This document shows positions 27,865 to 36,892 of a stretch of 64,000 nt of DNA, in pieces (the first letter of the stretch is position 1; every line of letters starts with the position of its first letter). The stretch is from NCBI GenBank assembly GCA_046583455.1, contig JAYGCG010000094.1:2121-66120 (forward strand), read 5' to 3'. Origin of the DNA: Dehalococcoidia bacterium. Its GTDB lineage: Bacteria > Chloroflexota > Dehalococcoidia > Lucifugimonadales > Lucifugimonadaceae. Below the pieces are notes generated by a model. It was not told the origin of the DNA. It did no database searches and worked only from the letters and a program-made list of their open reading frames with translations. The position numbers were made by a program, and so were the translations under genes.

Positions 27865-27889
27865 GTCATTCCCACTCATGTGGGAATCC
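27865..27889 (+). repeat. REP-like palindrome GTCATTCCC-N8-GGGAATCC (GTCAT family)
   Basis: ATTCCC/GGGAAT arms with an 8-nt loop. Inverted partner copy at 27939-27963. Confidence 0.7.
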
Positions 27890-27938
27890 AGGAACACCAT
27901 CCCTCAATACGCGTACGCACTGGTCAGGAACCGTCTCC

Positions 27939-27963
27939 GGATTCCCGTCTGCACGGGAATGAC
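27939..27963 (-). repeat. REP-like palindrome GGATTCCC-N8-GGGAATGAC (GTCAT family, opposite orientation)
   Basis: Same arms as 27865-27889 but a different loop, in inverted orientation 49 nt away. Confidence 0.7.
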
Positions 27964-28161
27964 GGTATTTCTGCCGATGCAGTGTCACGACGAGGTGGCA
28001 TCAAATCTCGGCGACCCCTGCGGGCGATATCGCGTATCCTCGTCGCACAATTGCAACATCTGGCCGATTAGAAGGTTACCGTCCTGGCTAATGATCTGAT
28101 CCTGCCCGGAAAAGAAGCGCTTTCGGCCGTCCGCTACGCTCTGGAATCAGCGCCGCCGCCT

Positions 28162-28608
28162 GTGTCATGGCGCGTGGTCGCTTCCAATCTGGACACAGCA
28201 AATCGCTTTCAGGTTCTGCTGGACGACGACCGAAAGATCCAGGTCATGCCTGACCCGGAGCCTCGCATCTACGTTCCGGGCGGCGACATTTCGCTGATAG
28301 ACCTGCTCTTTTACTACCCGAGACGGCCCATTGGTGGTGCGAGCGCGTTGAACTGGGTGCACCGGTTCGCAGACAGGTTGAACTGGAATCTAGTCACCGG
28401 CGTCGCTCTGGTGGACAACGACACAGACCTCGGCCCTTACGGGTCGATGTGGCTAAAGCACGTGATCGACCTGCGAGGCGGCGTGACACCGAAATACCTG
28501 GCGGGCCAGGTCGATGCCTTCATCGCATCGATGGAACTAGTGCGCCGATTGCACGAGGCCGAACCGGACAGCCCCTTAGCCGATGGGGCGTGGATGGGAC
28601 GTGGATAG
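28162..28608 (+). CDS. Hypothetical protein, 148 aa
   Basis: ORF with genome-typical composition; no motif recognised. Confidence 0.45.
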   Translation: MSWRVVASNLDTANRFQVLLDDDRKIQVMPDPEPRIYVPGGDISLIDLLFYYPRRPIGGASALNWVHRFADRLNWNLVTGVALVDNDTDLGPYGSMWLKHVIDLRGGVTPKYLAGQVDAFIASMELVRRLHEAEPDSPLADGAWMGRG

Positions 28609-28756
28609 GCGGAGGCGTTCGTGTCGTCCGGCTGAAACACCGCGGTTGGCGATAATACTTTCGTTGTCGCGCGACGCGACCCACCTCCAAACTTTCTCTG
28701 AACGATTGGTCTCCCAGTGAGGAGGCTCACATTTGCCCCCCTCCTAATGTAGGAGG

Positions 28757-28779
28757 GGGTTTCGGGGGTGGTTAGTTGG
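28757..28779. terminator. Hairpin between convergent genes (possible bidirectional terminator)
   Basis: CCCCCTCCT-AATGT-AGGAGGGGG, 9-bp arms, followed by TTT on the plus strand. Lies 10 nt beyond the lhgO stop. Confidence 0.5.
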
Positions 28780-28789
28780 GCCAGCGAGC

Positions 28790-30004
28790 CTAGACCAGCG
28801 CGAAGGTCTCTTCCGCCATGTCGGCGACCTTGTTGCCGATCACGAGGGAGGATGTGGCGCCCGGCGACGGTGCGTTAAGCACGTGCACGGCGCCCTCTGT
28901 CTGAGCGATTCGGAAGTCGTCTAGCAGGTTGCCCTGGTTATCGACCGCCTGCGCGCGAACACCTGACCCGCCGGTACCGAGATCTGACTTCTGGATCTCC
29001 GGGATCATCTTCTGGAGGTCTTTCACGAAAACACTCTTCCTGAGCGATCGATTTACCTCGTAAAAACCGGTTTTCCAATCACGGGCCGTCATCCTCCAGA
29101 ATCCGCCGAATGTGAAGGTCTCCCAGCTGTCGCCGATAGAGAAATCACGCTTCCTGTAGCCCTCACGTCGCATCGCCAGGACGGCGTTCGGCCCGGCTTC
29201 CACGTAGCCCTTCATGTTGTGGGTGAAGTGGACGCCCAGAAACGGGAATGCGGGGTCTGGCACCGGGTAGATCAGGTGCTTGACCAGGAACTCCCGTTCC
29301 TTCTTGATGGTGTAGTACTCGCCCCGGAACGGGATGATGTGGAGGCCGGGGTCAACGCCCATCATCCGGGCGACCCTGTCCGAGTGCAGACCGGCGCAGT
29401 TGATGATGTTCTTCGCCCTGAACTCGCCGCTTTCGGTCTCGATGTAGATCAGCCCGTCGTGGCGCTCAAAGCTCTCCACTTTTGAGTTCAGGTGGATCTC
29501 CGCACCGGCGCTCTGGACCTTCTCTGCGTAGACTCGGGACACGTCCTGGTAGTTGACGATGCCGGTCTTGGGAGCGAACAGCGCAGCGACGCCTTTGACG
29601 TGCGGCTCAAGTTCCGCCAGCTCGTCTTGATCGACCAGCCGCAAGCCCTCAACATCGTTCGCCTTGCCGCGCTCTTCGAGGATCTTTAGGCGCTCGACCT
29701 GGACCTCGTTTGAGGCGACGATCACTTTGCCGATCTCGCGGTAGGGAATCTCGTTCTCCTGGCAGAACTTCACCATGGAGGCTCGGCCCTCGACGCAGAA
29801 CTGCGCCTTGAAGGAACCCGGCTTGTAGTAAATGCCGGAGTGGATCACGCCGCTATTGTGGCCGGTCTGCTGCTGGGCGATGTCGTCGCCCTTTTCCAGC
29901 AGTGCGATCTTGAGACCGGGATGGCGTTCCAAAAGGGTGAGTGCGGTGGAGAGACCGATGATGCCGGCGCCGACAACGATGATGTCGTACTGGTTTTCTG
30001 GCAC
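28790..30004 (-). CDS. lhgO: L-2-hydroxyglutarate oxidase/dehydrogenase (FAD)
   Basis: Collinear with E. coli LhgO from memory: 'IVVGAGIIGLSTAL', 'TGHNSGVIHSGIYYKPGSFKAQFC', 'FRGEYY', 'LIYPVPDPAFPFLGVHFT', 'GPNAVLAMRREGYRKRDFS', 'NAPSPGATSSL'. Confidence 0.9.
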   Translation of the reverse strand: MPENQYDIIVVGAGIIGLSTALTLLERHPGLKIALLEKGDDIAQQQTGHNSGVIHSGIYYKPGSFKAQFCVEGRASMVKFCQENEIPYREIGKVIVASNEVQVERLKILEERGKANDVEGLRLVDQDELAELEPHVKGVAALFAPKTGIVNYQDVSRVYAEKVQSAGAEIHLNSKVESFERHDGLIYIETESGEFRAKNIINCAGLHSDRVARMMGVDPGLHIIPFRGEYYTIKKEREFLVKHLIYPVPDPAFPFLGVHFTHNMKGYVEAGPNAVLAMRREGYRKRDFSIGDSWETFTFGGFWRMTARDWKTGFYEVNRSLRKSVFVKDLQKMIPEIQKSDLGTGGSGVRAQAVDNQGNLLDDFRIAQTEGAVHVLNAPSPGATSSLVIGNKVADMAEETFALV

Positions 30005-30112
30005 GCGATATGGGATCCAGGATTCAGGGTTAGCCGTTTTCGGTCAACAGCCCGGGCAGATTATCACGGGAGAAGGAATTCGAGGGTGATCAGAAGGCCT
30101 ACGTTGATCTAT

Positions 30113-30147
30113 GTCATCCCGATACTGCCGGCCCCGGAAGGATGGGA
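30113..30147 (+). repeat. REP-like element GTCATCCC...GGATGGGA (GTCAT family)
   Basis: CATCC/GGATG arms around a 20-nt GC-rich loop; intergenic between lhgO and the MOSC gene. Confidence 0.5.
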
Positions 30148-30190
30148 GACCCGTATCGACACAACGTTTGAGCCAGGACACACCGCTGCC

Positions 30191-30242
30191 GGAGGGACCT
30201 TGAACCTCCCTCACCCCAACCCTCTCCCACCTGGAGAAGGGG
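30191..30242. repeat. Double-hairpin intergenic element (GGAGG..CCTCC, then CCCTCTCC..GGAGAAGGG)
   Basis: Translates as 'HPNPLPPGEGA', the hallmark of a widespread REP-type sequence. Seen once in this window. Confidence 0.45.
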
Positions 30243-30291
30243 CAAGACAGCAGCAGTCCTCGCCGTTGAGAGGACACGCAGCGCACTAGGT

Positions 30292-31128
30292 TCAACCTAT
30301 CGTGACAGGATCACCAATTCGTACCGGTCCACGCATTCCGACCACGGCGTACACGCCCACACAGGGGAGCTGACCCAGATCGCGGACCTGCAGATTGTTG
30401 TGGCGAACGATTGCACGAAGGACATCGGCGTCTTTGGGCAGATCGCCTTGAGCCAGCGTCGTCATCACGCATCGAGGATCGGGCAGCGTCACTCCGAGCC
30501 GCGTCGTCTCTCCAAAGGCAAGGTCATGGCCAACCCAGTCGTTTTCAATGAATCCAAGTCGCTCGGTGTCTACGATGACGTTCATGCGGAACCGTCGTTC
30601 GTCGAATCGGCTCCCGGGCTCCAGTTCATTCAATCGCTTGAGCGTAGACGTAGTGAGCACCGACATGGGATACGCATCGAGAAAGGATCCGACCGGCGGG
30701 GGCGAGCCAGGCCGTTGCGCGACAAGCTTGTCCTGATCGCCTCCGGTGTCGCCGCTCTCTTCATCGGAAATAGCAACGCGTTCAAGCCTGACGTTCTGGT
30801 TGAAGTGTGCTGACAGCACGCGGTCTACCTCACCGGAATCGCTGCGCAATGACGTTCCGTCCGGGAATGTAATCTCAACTTCCGGCATTCCCTCGTCCAG
30901 ACATGGTTCCACGACGAACGCTGCGCTGAACTCGAATAGGTCAGGGAAAAGCCTCACGCTTTTCGCACTAACGACCTTGCCAGTGTCGTTGTCCATTAGC
31001 GCATATGCACGGTCACCCAGGACTCCTTTTTCTGTTACCTCCACCGCCTGGAGTTGTTCTCCCCCCATTGATTTCACGGGGAACCTCCACAGCCCTGAGA
31101 CAGACCCTACGACCTCACTGGTCGGCAT
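30292..31128 (-). CDS. MOSC domain-containing protein (with N-terminal beta-barrel)
   Basis: 'LWRFPVKSMGGE' MOSC_N start, and C-terminal 'PDPRCVMTT...' with the conserved Cys. Confidence 0.75.
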   Translation of the reverse strand: MPTSEVVGSVSGLWRFPVKSMGGEQLQAVEVTEKGVLGDRAYALMDNDTGKVVSAKSVRLFPDLFEFSAAFVVEPCLDEGMPEVEITFPDGTSLRSDSGEVDRVLSAHFNQNVRLERVAISDEESGDTGGDQDKLVAQRPGSPPPVGSFLDAYPMSVLTTSTLKRLNELEPGSRFDERRFRMNVIVDTERLGFIENDWVGHDLAFGETTRLGVTLPDPRCVMTTLAQGDLPKDADVLRAIVRHNNLQVRDLGQLPCVGVYAVVGMRGPVRIGDPVTIG

Positions 31129-31321
31129 ATGTTCTCCGTATTGTTGCTCTGGGTGTTCTTACCGCCTGGAGTAGGAGACTATAGGATCGGCGGCGAGTTG
31201 GGAGTAAGTAGGGCGTAGTCCAGCGCTACGTAGCACCCCGAGAGGAGGGGACGACAGATGATGTATCAGAGGCCCTTCGACACTCCGACGTACTTCCCGC
31301 GCTGCGCCGGTTCTGCTACGT

Positions 31322-32134
31322 TTGGCCTCGATGACAGAGCAACCCGTAAAAACACCCCGACCTGAACGCGTCCAGCTATTTGTGACCTGCCTCGTTGACC
31401 AGTTTCGACCGGAGGTCGGCGAGAGCGTGGTCAATGTCCTTGAACGTCTCGGTATCCAGGTCGATTTCCCGGAGGGCCAGACCTGCTGCGGACAGCCTGC
31501 GTTCAACTCGGGTTTCTGGAATGAAGCAAGCGACGTAGCTCGGCACTTTCTTGACGTATTCGACGCTACCGAAGGCCCAATCGTCGTGCCGTCAGGCTCC
31601 TGCGGTGCGATGGTCAGGAACTTCTACGGCGAGATGTTTGAGGACGACCCGGCGGAGATGGAGCGCGTACGGCGTGTAAGCGAGCGCATCTACGAATTCA
31701 CGGAGTTCCTGGTGGACGTGCTCGGGCAGGACGATCTTGTCACAAATTTAGGCCCGCACCTGGACGAAACCGCCACTTACCACCAGTGTTGCCATCTCGA
31801 ACGAGAACTCGGTGTAGACCATCAGCCACAGCAGTTGCTCAAGCAGATCGAAGGGCTGGAGATGCTTCCGATGAATCGGCCAGAGGTTTGTTGTGGGTTT
31901 GGCGGGACATTCGCCGTGAAGTTTTCCGATGTTTCAACGGCCATGCTCAACGAAAAACTCGACAACGCAGCGGCTACCGGAGCATCGATGATCGTGGCCG
32001 GGGACACCGGCTGCATCATGCATATGGCGGGAGGCCTGAGACGCCGTGGCTCAGATCAGCAGGTCCGCCACATAGCCGAAATCCTGGACGAGGCCACCAG
32101 TTTGGATAAAAACAATACCGGGGCGCAGACCTGA
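31322..32134 (+). CDS. lutA: Lactate utilization protein A (CCG-domain Fe-S oxidoreductase)
   Basis: 'LFVTCLVD', 'GQTCCGQP', 'CCGFGG' CCG motifs. ATG 31331 is an alternative start. Confidence 0.85.
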   Translation: MASMTEQPVKTPRPERVQLFVTCLVDQFRPEVGESVVNVLERLGIQVDFPEGQTCCGQPAFNSGFWNEASDVARHFLDVFDATEGPIVVPSGSCGAMVRNFYGEMFEDDPAEMERVRRVSERIYEFTEFLVDVLGQDDLVTNLGPHLDETATYHQCCHLERELGVDHQPQQLLKQIEGLEMLPMNRPEVCCGFGGTFAVKFSDVSTAMLNEKLDNAAATGASMIVAGDTGCIMHMAGGLRRRGSDQQVRHIAEILDEATSLDKNNTGAQT

Positions 32135-33573
32135 TGCTTCCAACGACCGACCGCTTCAAAAAGGGCGCTAAAGAGACACTCGCCGACCCGGTAATCCAGA
32201 TGTCCATGGAGGCCGTGTACACCGGCTTCCACACCAATCGGCAATCGGCAGCCGCCGCTACGGAAGGATGGGACGAGCAGCGCGACCGGGGCCGGGCGAT
32301 CAAAGAGCACACGATCGCCAACCTCGACTACTACCTGGAGATGTTGACGGACAAAATCGACGAAAATGGCGGAAACGTCTTCTTCGCCAATGACTCGGCG
32401 GAGGCGACCGAGTACATCCTGAACGTGGCGCGCGCCCGAGCCGTGAAGACCGTCATTAAGAGCAAATCCATGGTGTCTGAGGAGATGAGCCTCGCCCATG
32501 AGATGGAGGCGGTCGGTATCGAGGCCGTCGAGACCGACCTCGGCGAGTACATTATTCAGCTCGCCGGCGAAACGCCGTATCACATCATCGCTCCGGCGAT
32601 ACACAAATCCCAGGACCAGGTCGCCGAGATGTTCTCCGAGATGACCGGCACCGACCCCGGGCAGACTCCCGAAGAATTGACGACCACGGCCCGCGGGATG
32701 CTGAGAGAGACGTTCCAGAGAGCCGATATGTCGGTCACCGGCGTCAATTTCGCCGTCGCCGAAAGTGGCAGCATTGTCCTCGTCACAAACGAGGGCAACG
32801 GACGCATGTGTACGTCGATCCCGCGTGTGCACGTCGCCGTGATGGGCATGGAGAAGATCGTTCCGTCAATGCAGGACCTCGGGATGATGCTGCGTATTTT
32901 AATCAGGTCGGCAACGGGCCAGCGAATCAGCAGCTACGTCACGATGATCAACGGCCCGAGACGCGAGGAGGAGGAGGACGGACCGGAAGAGTTCCACCTC
33001 GTGATCGTAGACAACGGCCGAATGCAACTACTGGCTGATCCGAAGCTACGTGAGGCCCTTTACTGCCTCCGTTGTGGCGCATGTTTGAACGCCTGTCCGG
33101 TGTATCGGAAGGTCGGTGGTCACAGTTATGGTTGGGTTTACCCGGGACCGATCGGCGCCGTGGTGTCTCCTGTGATGTCCGGGCTGAAACAAGGCAAGGA
33201 CCTGCCCTTCGCATCTTCCCTGTGTGGTGCGTGTCGGGAGGTGTGCCCGGTAAAGATCGACATCCCGAACATGCTTTTGCACCTTCGCCAGCAGGTCGTG
33301 GAGGGTCCGCCAGAAGATCGCAGCGTTGGCCGGATCGAACGCTTGGGCTGGAAGGCTTGGCGGTTTGGGAATATGAAGTCGAGCAGATTCCGGGCGGGCG
33401 GCAAGCTGGCGAATTTGCTGGGGCGACCATTTGCGCGGAAAGGTATGTTCAGTCGGCTTCCCCCGCCGCTCTCCGGCTGGACCCGCAGCAGGGATTTGCC
33501 GATCACGGCGTCTTCACCATTTAGAGATCGCTTCAAGAAACGTCGGCCCAACAGTTCCGGGGGTGAGGAGTAA
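32134..33573 (+). CDS. lutB: Lactate utilization protein B (4Fe-4S)
   Basis: 'CLRCGACLNACPVY' and 'CGACREVCPVKI' ferredoxin motifs plus a LUD domain. Start overlaps the lutA stop. Confidence 0.85.
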   Translation: MLPTTDRFKKGAKETLADPVIQMSMEAVYTGFHTNRQSAAAATEGWDEQRDRGRAIKEHTIANLDYYLEMLTDKIDENGGNVFFANDSAEATEYILNVARARAVKTVIKSKSMVSEEMSLAHEMEAVGIEAVETDLGEYIIQLAGETPYHIIAPAIHKSQDQVAEMFSEMTGTDPGQTPEELTTTARGMLRETFQRADMSVTGVNFAVAESGSIVLVTNEGNGRMCTSIPRVHVAVMGMEKIVPSMQDLGMMLRILIRSATGQRISSYVTMINGPRREEEEDGPEEFHLVIVDNGRMQLLADPKLREALYCLRCGACLNACPVYRKVGGHSYGWVYPGPIGAVVSPVMSGLKQGKDLPFASSLCGACREVCPVKIDIPNMLLHLRQQVVEGPPEDRSVGRIERLGWKAWRFGNMKSSRFRAGGKLANLLGRPFARKGMFSRLPPPLSGWTRSRDLPITASSPFRDRFKKRRPNSSGGEE

Positions 33574-34307
33574 TGGCCATCACAGGGCGAGACGCATTTC
33601 TTGGCCGTGTTCGCGGCGCGCTGGGGCGATCCCCAGGAGCGCCGGAACTGGACAGCGCCACCCACATCGGCCTATCGGTCGAAGATGTCAGACGCTCGGC
33701 TGACGACGTGCGCCGCGAGATGACGGAGTCAGCGGACGCCTTGCTGGACGCGATTACGGAGTCAGCGGCAACGGCGGGGTGGAAGGTTCGACGTGTCGCA
33801 TCGCCCGAGGACGCGGCGGATGTGGTTGCGCAGATCTGCGCAGAAGCAGGTGCGACGAAAGTGCTTCGATCGGATCAGGATATTTTTGCATCGGTCCCTG
33901 TCGATGCGGCGCTTGAGTCAAAGGGCATCACACCCGGTATTGCGACGGTCGGTGAAGCTGGAGCCGACGTTTCCGTCCTCAAACAGGCGGCGTTTGATTC
34001 CGATGTCGGTATCACAGGCGTGGACTACGCCATCGCCGAGACGGGAACGGTGGTATTGCATCCGCGCAAGGGACTCTCAAGACTGCTGTCACTTGCCCCC
34101 GAGCGGCACATCGCGATCCTTAACCGTGGCGATGTATTGCCGTCGCTGGACGAACTGTTCACTCTGGAGCGTGCCGACTATAACGATGGCGCAATCGAAG
34201 GTTCCATGAACCTGATCTCTGGCCCCAGCCGCACCGGCGACATCGCAGCGACGATTGTTGACGGCATACACGGACCTTTAGAGGTGCACCTGGTGATTGT
34301 GGGGTAA
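33573..34307 (+). CDS. lutC: Lactate utilization protein C (LUD domain)
   Basis: 'GITGVDYAIAETGTVVL' LUD motif. Start overlaps the lutB stop. Confidence 0.8.
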   Translation: MAITGRDAFLGRVRGALGRSPGAPELDSATHIGLSVEDVRRSADDVRREMTESADALLDAITESAATAGWKVRRVASPEDAADVVAQICAEAGATKVLRSDQDIFASVPVDAALESKGITPGIATVGEAGADVSVLKQAAFDSDVGITGVDYAIAETGTVVLHPRKGLSRLLSLAPERHIAILNRGDVLPSLDELFTLERADYNDGAIEGSMNLISGPSRTGDIAATIVDGIHGPLEVHLVIVG

Positions 34308-34902
34308 CACCGTGAAACTGACCGCTCAAGACGCTCTGGTGATCGTCGACGTCCAGAACGATTTCTGCCCGGGTGGCTCGCTCGCTGTGGCCACGGGCGA
34401 CGAAGTGGCACGCACGATGACACGTGCTGCTGCGGCGTTTAGCCAGTTGGGTGCTCGTGTCTACGCCACACAGGACTGGCATCCGGCCGGGCACTCGTCG
34501 TTTAACGAGTCTGGAGGGCCGTGGCCGTCGCACTGTGTCCAGGGCAGTCACGGCGCGGAGCTCCATCCAGAGCTGCGGCTGCCGACCGGTCACGAAATCA
34601 TCAAGAAAGGCAGCGACCCCGCCGTGGACGCCTATTCAGGGTTTCTGGATTCAGACCTTGAAAATCGGCTCAAGGCCGCGGGAGTCACCCGGTTGTTCGT
34701 GGGAGGCCTGGCGACCGACTACTGTGTCCTCAACACCGTGTTAGACGCACGACGCATCGGGTTCGAGACGTACCTGTTGAGCGACGCCATCGGAGCGGTG
34801 GACCTGGAGTCAGGTGACGGTGCGCGGGCCATCGAGCAGATGGTTGAGGCGGGAGGGAAGCCGATCACCTTTGATGATGTGTTACGCGATCACATAATCT
34901 GA
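34297..34902 (+). CDS. pncA: Nicotinamidase / pyrazinamidase (isochorismatase family)
   Basis: 'ALVIVDVQNDFCPGGSLAV', 'DWHP', 'LFVGGLATDYCV'. Alternative GTG start at 34312. Confidence 0.85.
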   Translation: MWGNTVKLTAQDALVIVDVQNDFCPGGSLAVATGDEVARTMTRAAAAFSQLGARVYATQDWHPAGHSSFNESGGPWPSHCVQGSHGAELHPELRLPTGHEIIKKGSDPAVDAYSGFLDSDLENRLKAAGVTRLFVGGLATDYCVLNTVLDARRIGFETYLLSDAIGAVDLESGDGARAIEQMVEAGGKPITFDDVLRDHII

Positions 34903-35376
34903 GGACGTGAACGTCCGCTCCTTACCTGCGTACACGTCCCTCCAGCGTGGTTTCATGTCCTCGGCGAACAGGTACGGCCGCCACCCCAGCTTCAGGTATA
35001 TGGCGATCGCCTCGTATCGGAAATCGTTCGTCTGGAGATAGGGCAGAGAGTATTCGGCGTCTGCGAGCCGGTTGGTTACGACCGCCGACACGATGGTTCC
35101 GAGTTGCTTCCCGGAGTGCGCCGGATCCCCGACCAGCCAGCCAAGTTGCCCGCCCTCGGGATGTCGGTCGTTCTCGATATGTTGGGCCGCACATGTCGCG
35201 ACCAGATGGCCGGAGTTGGTGTGCTCGATAACGAAAAATCCGTCTTCTAGAGCCGTAGCGCGCGTGTGTTCGAGCTTTCCCTCGTCCGCAAATGCCAGGT
35301 GGAACAGCTCGTTATACGCCGCCTCATCTCCGGGACGAAACTGTCGTAACTCGTATCCCGGCGGAACCGCCGGCAC
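34882..35376 (-). CDS. GNAT family N-acetyltransferase
   Basis: 164 aa with a 'GKQLGTIVSAVV' acetyl-CoA loop-like motif. Convergent 21-nt overlap with pncA. Confidence 0.6.
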   Translation of the reverse strand: MPAVPPGYELRQFRPGDEAAYNELFHLAFADEGKLEHTRATALEDGFFVIEHTNSGHLVATCAAQHIENDRHPEGGQLGWLVGDPAHSGKQLGTIVSAVVTNRLADAEYSLPYLQTNDFRYEAIAIYLKLGWRPYLFAEDMKPRWRDVYAGKERTFTSSDYVIA

Positions 35377-35570
35377 TTCGAGCGGCCCGGAACCCGATTC
35401 ACGTCCCGATCAACCCGAGTCGTTCCCCGGAATTGATCGTGAACGAAACGCCCTTCAAGACATCCATTCCGCCCAGGTTGGCGGTGATGTTGTTCAGACT
35501 TGCGACTTGCATCTGGGCACGCAATCGGGATCAAGGATCCCGCTCTGGTTATCTATTTAGTTCGTCCATG

Positions 35571-36716
35571 TCAGGACTTCAGAGATCTGCCGACCTTTAT
35601 CGTGCGCATTATCTCTTCTGTGATTCCAACCAGCAGGTTGGCCGTATCCGCCATCGCATCGTCCAGCGACATCGGGCCGCTGACGAGCGTGAAGGTTGCG
35701 TCGAGTCCCTTGGCGTGCGTCTCGCGGTAACCCTCGCCAAGTCCACCTGCGATAGCGATCACCGGAATGTCACGTTTTTTGGCACGCTCCGCAACACCAA
35801 CTGGTGTCTTGTTGAAGATCGTCGAGTGGTCGATCTGGCCTTCGCCGGTGATGACGAGGTCGGTGCCCTCCAGCTTTGCGTCCAGCCCGACGGCGTCCAG
35901 CACGATATCCACGCCGGCAGCGAGGCGTGCGTTCAGGAACGCCATTAACCCCGCACCCAGTCCACCCGCCGCGCCTGCGCCCGGACGCGTCCGAACGCTC
36001 ACTCCTAGATCGTGCTCCACTACATCGGCGAATCGGGATAGGGCGTCGTCGAGTTGCTTGATGTTTTCCGGCGTCGCTCCCTTCTGGGGGCCGAACACCG
36101 CCGACGCGCCATCGTCGCCGCAGAGCGGATTGTTGACGTCGCATGCCACGGTCACTTCCACGCCCCGCAATCGCTCATCAAAGTTCGACATATCGATGTG
36201 GTCGATACTCGCCAGCGCCGCGCCGCCTCTGCCAAGCTCGTTATTGCTAGCGTCCCTGAGGCTGATCCCGAGCGCCTGTGCCAGCCCTGCACCACCGTCG
36301 TTAGTGGCGCTCCCGCCAATTCCAACGATGAAACGCCGATATCCGGCGTCCAGCGCGGCCGTGAACAACTCGCCCGTGCCGTAGGTGGTCGTATTGAGCG
36401 GATCCAGCTCATCCAGTGAAAGCAACGCAAGCCCGGACGCACCCGCCATCTCGATAACTGCGGTCTCGCCATCGCCCATCGCACCCCATGTGGCCTCGAT
36501 CGGCCGTCCCAGCGGATCGGACACCGTTGCGGTCTCGATGGTTCCGTTGGAGCTATCGACAAGTGCCTGCAGCGTTCCATCGCCGCCGTCGGCCGCTGGC
36601 ACGAGCACCGTCTCGGCCTCAGGCATGACAGCTTTCACGCCTTTCTCGATGGCATGAGCAATCTGGAGGGCGGTGAGCGAGCCTTTGAAACCCTGAGGGG
36701 CGATCACAATTTTCAT
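35571..36716 (-). CDS. Glycerate kinase
   Basis: 'MKIVIAPQGFKGSLTA', 'PAADGGDGT', 'TGEGQID' family motifs. Confidence 0.88.
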   Translation of the reverse strand: MKIVIAPQGFKGSLTALQIAHAIEKGVKAVMPEAETVLVPAADGGDGTLQALVDSSNGTIETATVSDPLGRPIEATWGAMGDGETAVIEMAGASGLALLSLDELDPLNTTTYGTGELFTAALDAGYRRFIVGIGGSATNDGGAGLAQALGISLRDASNNELGRGGAALASIDHIDMSNFDERLRGVEVTVACDVNNPLCGDDGASAVFGPQKGATPENIKQLDDALSRFADVVEHDLGVSVRTRPGAGAAGGLGAGLMAFLNARLAAGVDIVLDAVGLDAKLEGTDLVITGEGQIDHSTIFNKTPVGVAERAKKRDIPVIAIAGGLGEGYRETHAKGLDATFTLVSGPMSLDDAMADTANLLVGITEEIMRTIKVGRSLKS

Positions 36717-36892
36717 GCCAGAAATTATAGGGGTGGACCATCGGCCTGGTTATTTTTTCAGCGAATCGTGTCACGGCCGCTTCGTTCGGCCTTGATCTGG
36801 AACCCCGCAAGGACCGGAGATCACAGCACTTCGCGCGTCTCTTGTACACTTCTGCTTTTCCCGGCTCGTCCAGCCCCCAAACGGAGTAACCG

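Noticed and set aside
27768-28099. Small ORFs 27768..27962, 27857..28099 and 27880..28071 downstream of typA
   Set aside because: Their sequences ('GRIAIRP', 'FPLMWESR', 'DSRLHGNDG') are translations of the palindromic REP-like repeats, not genes.
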